A stretch of DNA of 55,398 nucleotides from Candidatus Kapaibacterium sp. (GTDB lineage: Bacteria; Bacteroidota; Ignavibacteria; Kapaibacteriales; UBA2268). Below the pieces are notes generated by a model that saw only the letters and a program-made list of their open reading frames with translations, was not told the DNA's origin and did no database searches. Positions 38,571 through 48,978 of the stretch are shown one piece after another. Each line of letters starts with the position of its first letter. Position 1 is the stretch's first letter. Location: the NCBI GenBank assembly GCA_937995785.1, contig CALKJQ010000060.1:1-55398 (forward strand), read 5' to 3'. Made by a program: the position numbers and the translations under genes.

Positions 38571-40115
38571 ATGTATTCAAAGTTATTTACTTCGTCTCTG
38601 TTTGGTATTGACGCATTTTCAGTCGAAATTGAAACACATCTCGAAAATGGTATGCCCATATTTCAAATTGTGGGACTTCCCGATACTACCGTTAAAGAAT
38701 CTCGCGAACGAGTGATTGCCGCACTCAAAAATTCCGACCTTACCTTTCCGCCAGGCAAGAAAATCACAGTAAACCTCGCACCTGCTAATGTTCGTAAGGA
38801 AGGAAGTGGATTCGATTTTCCCATTGCTGTTGGTATTTTGGCGGCGTTGGGACAGATACCACTGGAAACCTTAGAAAATACAATGCTTATTGGAGAATTG
38901 GCTCTCGAGGGTTCGTTGCGAGGTGTAAATGGATTATTGCCAGTTTCAATTCAAGCGGCAAAAGATGGCTTTCGAAGAATACTTGTTCCCAAAGAAAATG
39001 CCTCGGAAGCTGCTTTGGTTAGCGATATCGAAGTTATTGGAATTGAATCCTTGCAGCAAGCATTTCGCTATTTGAACAATGAATTGGAAATTGAACCAAC
39101 AAAAGTAGATCTCGAGGAATTATTTGAAAGTGGACAAGAGAGTTTTTTGTTCGATTTTAGCGATGTGAAGGGACAGGAAAACGTAAAACGTGCATTAGAA
39201 GTGGCAGTTGCCGGAGGTCATAATTTATTGATGATTGGACCGCCAGGCTCGGGAAAATCTATGCTTGCCAAACGAATCGTAACGATTATGCCACCTCTAT
39301 CGTTGGACGAAGCATTGGAAACGACTAAGATACATTCCATTGCGGGTATTTTGCCACCGAATACGCCACTTATTACAACACGTCCGTTTCGTTCGCCTCA
39401 TCATACTATTTCGGATGCGGCATTGGTTGGTGGCGGAATTAATAAAATACGTCCCGGCGAGATATCGTTATCGCACCACGGAGTGCTTTTTATGGACGAA
39501 TTACCCGAATTTGCTCGTAATGTCTTAGAGGTGCTTCGTCAACCTCTCGAAGATAAAGCAATCACAGTATCGCGAACCAAACAAACATTGAACTTTCCCG
39601 CAAACTTTATGCTTGTGTGTTCGATGAATCCTTGTCCTTGTGGTCATTACGGTAGCACTTATAATGCCTGCACTTGCACGCCAACAAACATTCAGCGCTA
39701 TATTGGTAAAATATCCGGACCACTTTTGGACCGCATCGATATACATATCGAAGTACCTGCTGTTAATTATCAAGAAATTTCGTCCAAACGCACTGGTGAG
39801 CCATCCCAAACAATTAAGGAAAGAGTTCTGAAAGCACGACAAATACAGATAGAACGCTTTGCCAAATCCAAAAATGTTTATAAGAATGCCGATATGACCT
39901 CCAAGCAAATTCGCAAGTATTGCGAATTGGACGAAAAATCGAACAATTTACTTAAAATTGCTATGGAGAAAATGGGCTTATCTGCCCGTGCTTACGATAG
40001 AATTCTCAAGGTAGCAAGAACTATTGCCGATTTAGCCGAATCCGAACCAATCCGTGCCGAACACATTAGCGAAGCAATTCAATATCGTGCACTTGATAGA
40101 GATTATTGGAAATAG
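38571..40115 (+). CDS. comM: YifB/ComM family Mg-chelatase-like AAA+ ATPase
   Basis: VGLPD, ESRERV, NLAPA, GPPGSGKS, RSPHHT, DELPEF, NPCPCG, SGPLLDRID, ARTIADL. Confidence 0.93.
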   Translation: MYSKLFTSSLFGIDAFSVEIETHLENGMPIFQIVGLPDTTVKESRERVIAALKNSDLTFPPGKKITVNLAPANVRKEGSGFDFPIAVGILAALGQIPLETLENTMLIGELALEGSLRGVNGLLPVSIQAAKDGFRRILVPKENASEAALVSDIEVIGIESLQQAFRYLNNELEIEPTKVDLEELFESGQESFLFDFSDVKGQENVKRALEVAVAGGHNLLMIGPPGSGKSMLAKRIVTIMPPLSLDEALETTKIHSIAGILPPNTPLITTRPFRSPHHTISDAALVGGGINKIRPGEISLSHHGVLFMDELPEFARNVLEVLRQPLEDKAITVSRTKQTLNFPANFMLVCSMNPCPCGHYGSTYNACTCTPTNIQRYIGKISGPLLDRIDIHIEVPAVNYQEISSKRTGEPSQTIKERVLKARQIQIERFAKSKNVYKNADMTSKQIRKYCELDEKSNNLLKIAMEKMGLSARAYDRILKVARTIADLAESEPIRAEHISEAIQYRALDRDYWK

Positions 40116-40124
40116 GAGATATAA

Positions 40125-40844
40125 ATGAAAATTGCCAAGAAAAATTTAATCTTTTTCTATGTCTCATTTTTGATAATACAATTTAGTTATGCCCAACATA
40201 TTGATGATTGTCTCAAAAAAAGAAATCCCTATGGCCTAAAGATAATACAATGTCTTTCCGATTATAAGGCACTTATACTAAATAATCCCGATATGGAGTT
40301 GATGAATTTAGAGGAGTTGATTCCAAATATTAATTTAGATATTAGATACGCAACAATTAACAATTTTACGAGCAAAATTATTTACACAAAACCAAAAGCA
40401 TATGCACGCAAACAGGTTGCTTATGCTCTTAAAAAAGTTCAGGATTCTTTAACCAAAATAGGTTTGGGATTGAGGATTTTTGATGCTTATCGCCCATATT
40501 CTGCTACTTTAAAATTCTATGAAGTATATCCCGATACAAACTTTGTTGCTAACCCACGCTATGGGTCGCGACATAATCGAGGTTGTGCGATTGATTTGAC
40601 ATTGATTAATTTGTTTACGGGCAACGAAATTCCATTGCCTACACCTTTCGACGATTTTACCGAGAAAGCTCATCCCGATTATCCCAACTTCCCCGAGGAA
40701 ATTCTCGAGAACAGAGCATTGTTATTCGGGGTGCTATCCCATTTTGGATTTACTCATTATCCAACTGAATGGTGGCACTTCGACTTTAAGGGATGGGAAC
40801 AATACCCTTTGATGGATTTATCATTCGAAGAATTACAGCATTAA
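40125..40844 (+). CDS. ddpX: D-alanyl-D-alanine dipeptidase (M15D, VanX/DdpX family), secreted
   Basis: DIRYAT.NNF, DAYRP, SRHNRGCAIDLT, EWWHF. N-terminal signal peptide. Confidence 0.92.
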   Translation: MKIAKKNLIFFYVSFLIIQFSYAQHIDDCLKKRNPYGLKIIQCLSDYKALILNNPDMELMNLEELIPNINLDIRYATINNFTSKIIYTKPKAYARKQVAYALKKVQDSLTKIGLGLRIFDAYRPYSATLKFYEVYPDTNFVANPRYGSRHNRGCAIDLTLINLFTGNEIPLPTPFDDFTEKAHPDYPNFPEEILENRALLFGVLSHFGFTHYPTEWWHFDFKGWEQYPLMDLSFEELQH

Positions 40845-40956
40845 AGCAGCATTTTTGCAAATTTAAATTAATAAATACATCATTATAAAATGTTTATTAC
40901 TCTAAATTTACTAACATAATAAATTCTTTTCTCTATATTTTTCTTAATTTTACAAA

Positions 40957-42003
40957 ATGAAAGATGCCAAAGAGAAAAATGAATTGTTAGGTGGCAACCA
41001 AAATAAAAGCGATAACGACGCCGACAAAGTGTTGCGACCCTCCAACTTCGACCAATTTACGGGACAAAGGAAATTAGTCGATAATCTCAAAATCTTTATC
41101 AAAGCCGCCAAAAAGCGTGGTGAACCATTAGACCATACTTTGTTTACGGGACCACCGGGATTAGGTAAGACAACATTAAGTATGATTATTTCGCGCGAAA
41201 TGGACACTAAAATCAAAATAACCTCTGGTCCAGTATTGGAAAAACCGGGCGATTTGGCGGGAATATTAACCACATTGGACGAAGGCGATATTTTATTTAT
41301 TGATGAAATTCATCGGCTCCATCCCGTAATCGAGGAATTTCTGTATTCGGCAATGGAAGATTATCGGTTGGATATAATGATAGAATCGGGACCAAATGCC
41401 CGTTCAATCCAGATAGCATTGCCGCGGTTCACCTTAATAGGTGCCACCACACGAGCAGGATTGCTCACCGCACCGCTGCGTTCTCGTTTTGGTATTGTTA
41501 ATCGATTGGATTATTACGATACAGAAGATTTATCCAAAATAGTGAGACGCTCGGCAACTATTTTGAATGTGGAAATCGACCACGATGCATCTGTAGAAAT
41601 TGCTTCGCGTTCGCGAGGCACTCCGAGAATTGTAAATAGATTGCTCCGCCGCACTCGCGACTTTGCACAAGTGGAAGGCGACGGCAGAATTAACTTGAAA
41701 ATTGTACGTCGGGCACTTGCCGCACTCGATGTGGACAATCGCGGATTGGACGAAATGGACAAACGAATTTTGTTGACAATAATCGAAAAGTTCGATGGCG
41801 GTCCCGTTGGATTGAATGCGATTGCTTCTTCCCTTAGCGAAGATGCTGGAACTATCGAGGAGGTTTACGAACCATTCCTACTGCAACAAGGATTTATAAA
41901 CCGAACCCCAAGAGGACGAACTGCAACAAAATCTGCTTACAAGCATTTCGATATTAGTATTAAGGGTTCTAATCTACAAGATTTGTTCGAAGATGGAAAT
42001 TAA
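40957..42003 (+). CDS. ruvB: Holliday junction branch migration helicase
   Basis: [47 protein letters not shown]. Confidence 0.98.
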   Translation: MKDAKEKNELLGGNQNKSDNDADKVLRPSNFDQFTGQRKLVDNLKIFIKAAKKRGEPLDHTLFTGPPGLGKTTLSMIISREMDTKIKITSGPVLEKPGDLAGILTTLDEGDILFIDEIHRLHPVIEEFLYSAMEDYRLDIMIESGPNARSIQIALPRFTLIGATTRAGLLTAPLRSRFGIVNRLDYYDTEDLSKIVRRSATILNVEIDHDASVEIASRSRGTPRIVNRLLRRTRDFAQVEGDGRINLKIVRRALAALDVDNRGLDEMDKRILLTIIEKFDGGPVGLNAIASSLSEDAGTIEEVYEPFLLQQGFINRTPRGRTATKSAYKHFDISIKGSNLQDLFEDGN

Positions 42004-42319
42004 TAATTTATATACTAACGAAACTTTGAAGTTAGTTCCTGGCAAGGAACTTTTTGAAAAAATTTTAAAAACGGGCAACTTTTTTGTGGAAAGAATTATA
42101 AGCCCCGGAAATTGTCCGAGCAAGGAATGGATGATACAGGATTGGACGGAACTGGTTTTTCTAATCAAAGGCAGTGCAACCATAGAATTCGAGGGTAATC
42201 AAACAATTGAATTGAAAGAGGGGGATTATTGCTCAATTCCAAAGCAATTAGCCCACCGAGTAATAAAAACAAATGATTTACAAACAATTTGGTTAGCAAT
42301 TCATTATGAAGAAAATTAA
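41993..42319 (+). CDS. Cupin domain protein
   Basis: VERIIS, Q...E.V.L..G.A, GD...IP....HRV, WLAIH. Confidence 0.88.
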   Translation: MEINNLYTNETLKLVPGKELFEKILKTGNFFVERIISPGNCPSKEWMIQDWTELVFLIKGSATIEFEGNQTIELKEGDYCSIPKQLAHRVIKTNDLQTIWLAIHYEEN

Positions 42320-43283
42320 AACAATTGCCCGACCTAATATTGCGTTAATTAAATATTGGGGAAAACGCGACGAAAAATTAAACCTACCCGCAGTTGGTAG
42401 CATATCGATAACATTGGATGGAATTTCAACTAAAACCGAAATCTGGTTAACTCAAGACGTTGATAAATTCTATTTGAACGAAAAAATCGATATCGATGAG
42501 CATTCAAAAATTGTCCCTTTCTTGGATTATGTTAGGGATTTCATTAACGACAAGGTGTATTTCGAAATACATTCTGTTAATAATTTTCCCACAGCTGCTG
42601 GTTTGGCTTCATCAGCGTCGGGTTATGCCTCGATAGCAAAGGGTATTAATCAATTGCTAAATTTAAATTTATCAGATAAAGAATTATCCAAACTTGCGCG
42701 TCGGGGAAGTGGTTCGGCAGCTCGTTCTATTTTTGGTGGTATTGTGGAAATGCACAAAGGCAACGAACCCGATGGCTCGGATTGTTATGCCGAACAATTG
42801 TATTCTACCGAATATTTCCCGCTGGATGTAGTTGTTGTTATTACCAACACAGAAGTCAAAAAAACAAGTTCACGCAACGGTATGCTGATCTCCAAAAATA
42901 CTTCTCCATATTATTCCAATTGGGTTAATAATTCAGAATACGATATAAACGCTATGAAAATGGCATTACGCGAAAAGGATTTTAATAAAATTGCCGATTT
43001 ATCAATCCGTAGCTGCCTTAAAATGCACTCGGTTATGATGACTTCTAATCCGCCGTTGTTATATTGGAATTCTACTACATTCGAAATTATAAAGCAAATC
43101 GAAGATTTATTTTACGAGCAAAATCAGCCGGTATTTTTCACTATCGACGCTGGTCCCCAAGTTAAAATTCTTACTACCCCCGATTATAAAAAACATTTGT
43201 TAAAAATTATTAAAAAATTAGACAATATTCAAGATTATTACGTCTTAGAACTCGGAAATGGTGCAGAAATAATTGAGGATTAA
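42306..43283 (+). CDS. mvaD: Diphosphomevalonate decarboxylase
   Basis: NIALIKYWGK, NNFPTAAGLASSASG, RRGSGSAARS, SSR.GM, FTIDAGP. Confidence 0.96.
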   Translation: MKKIKTIARPNIALIKYWGKRDEKLNLPAVGSISITLDGISTKTEIWLTQDVDKFYLNEKIDIDEHSKIVPFLDYVRDFINDKVYFEIHSVNNFPTAAGLASSASGYASIAKGINQLLNLNLSDKELSKLARRGSGSAARSIFGGIVEMHKGNEPDGSDCYAEQLYSTEYFPLDVVVVITNTEVKKTSSRNGMLISKNTSPYYSNWVNNSEYDINAMKMALREKDFNKIADLSIRSCLKMHSVMMTSNPPLLYWNSTTFEIIKQIEDLFYEQNQPVFFTIDAGPQVKILTTPDYKKHLLKIIKKLDNIQDYYVLELGNGAEIIED

Positions 43284-44381
43284 TTGAATATTTCCACTAA
43301 AACACCTGGAAAACTAATAATATTAGGCGAATATGCAGTGCTCGAGGGTGCACCCTCGCTTGTTGCCTCCACCAATAGATTTGCAAATGCAATTTTTAAA
43401 AAATCCGAGGACGGAGTGTTCAAAATTAAAGCTCCTTCCATCAATGTTCCTTTACTAAATTTTTTGATGGATGATGATGGCAAAGTGAAATTCATCGATA
43501 AATCCTTCGAAAAAGTAATGGAAAAACTCAGTTTATTTGTTGCAATATTCGAACATACAGCGCGAAAATTAACCGAAAAAGGAATAAAAATTCCACCATT
43601 AGAAATATTTTTGGATACTTACGATTTTTATTACACTCAGAGTTTATTGAAATTAGGCTTAGGTTCGAGTGCCGCAGTTACAGTATCGCTCATAACGGGG
43701 CTACTATCAGCAAATTTGGTCGACCCGAACGAAATATCACGCGAAACTATTTTGAAACTCGCAATGGATTCCCACAAAAAAGCACAAGGTAATATCGGAA
43801 GTGGTATCGATATCGTTACGGCAGTATATGGGGGCATTCTAAAATATCAAATAAAAAATAATGAAATAAGCTTTCAGAGATTGAAGATGCCCGAAAACTT
43901 ATATTATTTAACGGTTTGGTCAGGTAAATCAGCCTCGACAACAGGTTATGTGAAAAAATTCTATGACTATAAAAAACAAAGTCCCAATGAGTTTCGGCAA
44001 TTAGTCCACAGAATGACCATAACTTCGAGCGAAGGAATAGAAGCTTTCGAAAATCAAGATTTGGATATTTTCCTAAAAAAATACGACGAGTATTATCACC
44101 TACTTCATTCGTTAAATCATAATTTGTCGATACCCGTAATTACTAACGAACATCGATTAATCCACGAAGTTTGCCATAGCAATGGAGTTGTTTATAAATC
44201 CTCGGGTGCAGGCGGAGGCGATCTGGGAATTGCTTTTTCTACCTCAAAAGAAAAGCTGGATTTAGTTGCAAGTGAATTAAAATCGCTAAATTTCGATACT
44301 TTAGAAATTGAGTTCGGAGCCGATGGTATCAACGAAGAAATTCCTCTAAGAGAAGAATATGCCAAATTCTCGTATTCCTAA
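43284..44381 (+). CDS. mvaK2: Phosphomevalonate kinase (GHMP kinase)
   Basis: PGKLIILGEYAVL, KLGLGSSAA, HKKAQG..GSGID, SAST, KSSGAGGGD. TTG start abuts the mvaD stop. Confidence 0.87.
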   Translation: MNISTKTPGKLIILGEYAVLEGAPSLVASTNRFANAIFKKSEDGVFKIKAPSINVPLLNFLMDDDGKVKFIDKSFEKVMEKLSLFVAIFEHTARKLTEKGIKIPPLEIFLDTYDFYYTQSLLKLGLGSSAAVTVSLITGLLSANLVDPNEISRETILKLAMDSHKKAQGNIGSGIDIVTAVYGGILKYQIKNNEISFQRLKMPENLYYLTVWSGKSASTTGYVKKFYDYKKQSPNEFRQLVHRMTITSSEGIEAFENQDLDIFLKKYDEYYHLLHSLNHNLSIPVITNEHRLIHEVCHSNGVVYKSSGAGGGDLGIAFSTSKEKLDLVASELKSLNFDTLEIEFGADGINEEIPLREEYAKFSYS

Positions 44382-46599
44382 TTTTTATAAATTTTCTATA
44401 TTTCAGCGTTACGATATCCTTCGCGAAAATGGATTTATCGAGCAACAGGATATTAAGGACATTATCGAAGAAAAATACGAACTAACCGACGAACAAGCCA
44501 ACAAAATGATAGAAAATGTGATTTCTACATTTTCACTACCAATGGGATTGGCTCTGAATATGCAAGTAAATGGGAAAGACTATGCCGTTCCAATGGTAGT
44601 CGAGGAACCATCGATTGTTGCGGCGTTGAGTTCGGCTGCCAAGATTGTTCGCGAATCGGGCGGGTTTAGTGCCGAAAGCACTCGTCCCGTGCTAATAGGT
44701 CAGGTTTTATTGCTAAATGCAGAACATTCCACCAAGTCGAAACAGGCAGTAATACAACACAAAGACGAGATATTGGCATTAGCAAATTATTTGCAACCAA
44801 ATATGTATTCTCGTGGTGGGGGAGCAATCGATTTGGACGTAAGGATATTGCCCAATCCGAACGATACGGGTGATATGATTGTAGTGCACATATATGTTGA
44901 TACTTGCGATGCGATGGGCGCCAATATGGTGAATAGTATTTGCGAGGGTATCGCACCTTTGCTCGAAAAGATATCAGGAGCTAAGTCGTTTATGCGAATT
45001 TTGTCGAATTTACACGACAATTCTATTGCTCGTGCAAAGTGCGTTATTCCACCACAATTGCTCAACGATGGAAAATACGATGGCAAGGAATTAATCGACG
45101 GGATAATTATTGCAAATCAATTTGCAATAATGGACCCATATCGAGCCGCAACCCATAACAAAGGTATTATGAATGGAATAGACCCATTAGCAATAGCAAC
45201 GGGGAATGATTGGCGTGCCATCGAGGCTGGAGTTCACGCCTTTGCTTCGAGAACGGGTAGATATATTTCCCTCACAAATTGGCATAGGGACGCTAATGGC
45301 AATTTAGTCGGGTCAATCGAGATACCATTAAAGGTTGGAATAGTTGGTGCTCCTCTGCAATCCAATCCAAAGATTAAGTTGGTCCATAAAATTTTAGGTA
45401 TAAAATCCGCAAACGAATTGATGGAATTGATGGCGGCTGTGGGATTGGCTCAGAATTTTTCGGCAATTAAAGCATTGGTAAGCGAGGGAATTCAACGTGG
45501 CCATATGAGCTTGCATGCGCGTTCGGTTGCCAAAGCTGCGGGCGTTAGCGAAAAGTATTTTGATATCGTTGTCGATGAATTAATCAAATTAGGAGATATT
45601 AAAATTAGAACAGCTCAAGATATTGAACAAAAATTACAAAACAATAAAATGGTAATAGAAGAAAAAAAGGAAGAACAAAATCTGCATTCAGGCTATGGGA
45701 AAGTGATTTTATTTGGCGAACACGCAGTTGTGTATGGTTCGAATGCTATTGCAGCACCAATACCCTATGCTATAAAATCCAAAGTGGAACCATCACAGAA
45801 TGGGACCCGCATAGTTATTCCTCGTTGGGGGGTGGAATTTGATTTATTTAAGAAAACCAAAGATACCAACTCATTAATTCAATCTGCCGAGTTAATTATA
45901 ACAAAATTGGGATTGGACAAAACACCGCTCCAAATTTTGGTTTTTCCAGGAATTCCGCGTGCAATGGGTTTGGGTGGTTCGGCGGCTCTGGCTGTATCAA
46001 TAATTAGGGCATTGTCGCATTTTGCAAGTAAAAATCTATCGGACGAACAAATAAACGAAATTGCCTATGAATCCGAAAAATTGGTTCACGGCACTCCGTC
46101 GGGAATCGACAATACTATGGCTACTTATGGCAAATTAATCAGATACAAAAAGGATGCCCAACCAAAAACGCAATTAATCGACTTGAAAAATCCACTTCCA
46201 ATTGTTATTGGATTGAGCGGCACCGAAGGTTTAACCTTAAAAATGGTACGAATGGTACGCGAAGGTTGGTTAAAAAATCGAAATCACTATGATACAATTT
46301 TCAATCAAATCAATCAAATATCATTGGAAGCAATCGAGGCATTCGAAAATTACGACTTGGAAAAATTAGGTTATTTAATGAATCTAAACCACGGATTTCT
46401 GAATGCGTTGCAAGTATCCACTCAAGAATTGGAGGAAATGATTGCAATAGCTCGTCGCAATGGTGCATTGGGTGCAAAACTCACCGGTGGAGGTGGTGGC
46501 GGTGCAATGATAGCATTATGTCCCGATCACCGAAACGAAGTTGTCCAATCACTAAACAATTCTGGTTACCATACTATAGTAACTGATATTACAAATTAA
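44359..46599 (+). CDS. mvaA: Fusion of class II HMG-CoA reductase (N-terminal, about 430 aa) and mevalonate kinase (C-terminal)
   Basis: HMGR motifs ENVI, EEPS, DAMGAN, THNKGIMNG, GHMSLH. Then kinase motifs GKVILFGEHAVVYG, GLGGSAA, HGTPSGIDN, GAKLTGGGGGG in the same frame. Confidence 0.93.
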   Translation: MPNSRIPNFYKFSIFQRYDILRENGFIEQQDIKDIIEEKYELTDEQANKMIENVISTFSLPMGLALNMQVNGKDYAVPMVVEEPSIVAALSSAAKIVRESGGFSAESTRPVLIGQVLLLNAEHSTKSKQAVIQHKDEILALANYLQPNMYSRGGGAIDLDVRILPNPNDTGDMIVVHIYVDTCDAMGANMVNSICEGIAPLLEKISGAKSFMRILSNLHDNSIARAKCVIPPQLLNDGKYDGKELIDGIIIANQFAIMDPYRAATHNKGIMNGIDPLAIATGNDWRAIEAGVHAFASRTGRYISLTNWHRDANGNLVGSIEIPLKVGIVGAPLQSNPKIKLVHKILGIKSANELMELMAAVGLAQNFSAIKALVSEGIQRGHMSLHARSVAKAAGVSEKYFDIVVDELIKLGDIKIRTAQDIEQKLQNNKMVIEEKKEEQNLHSGYGKVILFGEHAVVYGSNAIAAPIPYAIKSKVEPSQNGTRIVIPRWGVEFDLFKKTKDTNSLIQSAELIITKLGLDKTPLQILVFPGIPRAMGLGGSAALAVSIIRALSHFASKNLSDEQINEIAYESEKLVHGTPSGIDNTMATYGKLIRYKKDAQPKTQLIDLKNPLPIVIGLSGTEGLTLKMVRMVREGWLKNRNHYDTIFNQINQISLEAIEAFENYDLEKLGYLMNLNHGFLNALQVSTQELEEMIAIARRNGALGAKLTGGGGGGAMIALCPDHRNEVVQSLNNSGYHTIVTDITN

Positions 46600-46615
46600 T
46601 GTTTATATTTGCATT

Positions 46616-47197
46616 ATGGAAAAATCACTACATTCCGACCAAAACAACAGAATCGTATCATTTGTCGATGAGCCATTAATATTGGTTGACGAAAACGATG
46701 TTGAGATTGGTTACGAAAGCAAAGACAAGTGCCACCAAGGAAATGGCATATTGCACCGTGCATTCTCTATTTTTTTGTTCAACAGCAATCACGAATTACT
46801 TTTTCAAAAACGTTCCGACGATAAATTACTTTGGGGAGGGTATTGGTCTAATACCGTTTGCAGCCATCCACGCAAAGGCGAAACTATCGAAGTTGCCACA
46901 CAAAGAAGATTGATGGACGAAATGGGTGTGGAAGCCGAGTTGCAATTTCTATTTAAATTTCAATATCAGGCAAAGTTCAAACAAATCGGTTCCGAAAATG
47001 AATTGTGCTATGTTTTTATCGGTAAGCACGATGGACCTTATCATCCCAATCCCAACGAAATAAAAGATTTAATGTTTATTCCTTTCGATAAAATCGAGGA
47101 AGAACTCAAACGGAATGGAAAATTCTACACGCCGTGGTTCAAAATCGAATACCAAAGAATGTTAGAAGAATTTCGAGAACAAGTATATTCATTGTAA
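46616..47197 (+). CDS. idi: Type 1 isopentenyl-diphosphate delta-isomerase
   Basis: HRAFS, WSNTVCSHP, ENELC, FYTPWF. Confidence 0.96.
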   Translation: MEKSLHSDQNNRIVSFVDEPLILVDENDVEIGYESKDKCHQGNGILHRAFSIFLFNSNHELLFQKRSDDKLLWGGYWSNTVCSHPRKGETIEVATQRRLMDEMGVEAELQFLFKFQYQAKFKQIGSENELCYVFIGKHDGPYHPNPNEIKDLMFIPFDKIEEELKRNGKFYTPWFKIEYQRMLEEFREQVYSL

Positions 47198-47267
47198 GTT
47201 CCAATTCCATTTTCATTTGCTATTTATTCATTTATTCTTAATTTGCATTTTTTAATATTGCAAGCAT

Positions 47268-48455
47268 TTGAATATATTATTTCTTACGCCAAGATTACCA
47301 TATCCATTAATTGGTGGGGACCGAATTAAACCTTACCATTTACTTTCGCATCTTGCAAAGAATCATTCTGTTACTTTGGTATCGTTTTACCAAGGCAAAC
47401 ATGATTGGCGACAATACCAAAAGGAGTTAGAAAAATTGGGCATTGAGGTTTTTATTTTACCCTTAAACCCCATTAAAGCAGGTTTGAGCTGCTTGTTTCG
47501 GATTTATCAATTGAAACCTCTTGAGATTTTATATTATTTGCAATCTGAGTACCATAAATTGGTGAACGAACTGCTTACGACTCGAAAATATGATATTGGT
47601 TTTTCATTTTTTATGAGAACAGCCGAATATCTAAAAAAAGCAGACATCCCAAAAGTACTTATTGCCGAAGACTGCCGAGTTCTCTATCAATATCGATCGT
47701 TTAAAGAAAGCAAAAGTATCCCCCAAAAAGCAATCCGATTGTACGAGCACCTAACTCTCAAACTTTACGAACCCAAAACTATGAAGTATTTCGACCGCGA
47801 TACATTTGTATCAACCGAAGATATCGATTATATGAAATCTGTATTGCCATTAGACACTTATCGGTTGATTACAAATGGAACAGAAGTAGATAAATTTGTT
47901 CCCGATGATTTTTCCAAGCGTCACACCATACTTTTCACGGGAAATTTAGGATTGTGGGCAAACAGAATGATGATGGATAGAATTATTTATTCTATTTTTC
48001 CCGCTATCAAAAAAGCAGTTCCCAATGCAACCTTAACTTTTGTTGGTGCAAGAGCCCCCGAATACGTAAAAGAATTGCATCAAAGCGGTTTTCTAACATT
48101 ATACGAAAATGTTCCCGATTTCGTCCCATATTTGCAACAAGCCAGATTATTCCTTCATCCTCATTTGGGTGCCTCGGGAATACAAAATAAATTGCTCGAA
48201 GCAATGAGTGCTGGTTGCCCCGTAGTAACCACTCATTCGGGAAATCAGGGAATACACGGTGTTCATAACGAGCATTTGATGATAGGTGTGGAAGACGAGG
48301 AAATAATAGAACATTCTATCGATTTATTGACCAACGAAGCCAAAGCCCGTAAAATATCCGAAAATGCGCGTCAGTTAATAGTAAACAATCATTCCTGGCA
48401 AAGGGTGTTCAACGACCTCGACAAATTGATAGACGAGGTTCTAAATGCCAAATAA
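47268..48455 (+). CDS. Glycosyltransferase family 4
   Basis: PYPLIGGD, NG, FTGNL, SGIQNKLLEAMSAGCPVV, HSW. Confidence 0.92.
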   Translation: MNILFLTPRLPYPLIGGDRIKPYHLLSHLAKNHSVTLVSFYQGKHDWRQYQKELEKLGIEVFILPLNPIKAGLSCLFRIYQLKPLEILYYLQSEYHKLVNELLTTRKYDIGFSFFMRTAEYLKKADIPKVLIAEDCRVLYQYRSFKESKSIPQKAIRLYEHLTLKLYEPKTMKYFDRDTFVSTEDIDYMKSVLPLDTYRLITNGTEVDKFVPDDFSKRHTILFTGNLGLWANRMMMDRIIYSIFPAIKKAVPNATLTFVGARAPEYVKELHQSGFLTLYENVPDFVPYLQQARLFLHPHLGASGIQNKLLEAMSAGCPVVTTHSGNQGIHGVHNEHLMIGVEDEEIIEHSIDLLTNEAKARKISENARQLIVNNHSWQRVFNDLDKLIDEVLNAK

Positions 48456-48978
48456 AGCTGTCTTTTTCGATAGAGATGGCATTGTTAATCATCGAAAAAT
48501 CAATGATTATATAAAAACGATTGAAGAATTTCATTTTATTCCTGCGTTTTTCGAAACTTTTAAAATAGCCAAAAGCAATGGCTATCTTGCTTTTTTGGTA
48601 ACTAACCAACAAGGAATAGGCAAAGGGCTTTATTCCATAACCGACCTTGCAATCATTCATAATTATATGCAAGATAAATTGCTAAAGCAAACTGGTTTTA
48701 AGTTCGATGATATAGCATTTTGCCCTTCGTTGCACGAAGTTAATGATTTTAGGCGTAAACCCAACCCAGGGATGCTATTAGAATTTATCGAAAAATACGA
48801 TTTAGATATCGATAAGTGTTGGATGATTGGCGATTCGGAATCCGATATATTGGCTGCCGAAAATGCAGAAATTAAATCAATCCTTATAAGAGATAGTTTT
48901 AATCGGTGCAATCCAACACTGAGATTTGATAGTTTAGAAAAATTAAACAAAGTGTTTTCTCAAATTTTATCGATATAA
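48445..48978 (+). CDS. gmhB: HAD-IIIA phosphatase, heptose 1,7-bisphosphate phosphatase-like
   Basis: FDRDG, TNQQG, RKPNPGM, MIGDSESD. Confidence 0.88.
   Translation: MPNKAVFFDRDGIVNHRKINDYIKTIEEFHFIPAFFETFKIAKSNGYLAFLVTNQQGIGKGLYSITDLAIIHNYMQDKLLKQTGFKFDDIAFCPSLHEVNDFRRKPNPGMLLEFIEKYDLDIDKCWMIGDSESDILAAENAEIKSILIRDSFNRCNPTLRFDSLEKLNKVFSQILSI

Noticed and set aside
38571-40115. Magnesium chelatase indicating phototrophy
   Set aside because: The motifs are those of YifB/ComM, not BchI, and no bch genes are nearby.
40125-40844. Vancomycin resistance locus
   Set aside because: A lone VanX/DdpX-family dipeptidase with a signal peptide and no vanH, vanA or vanRS.
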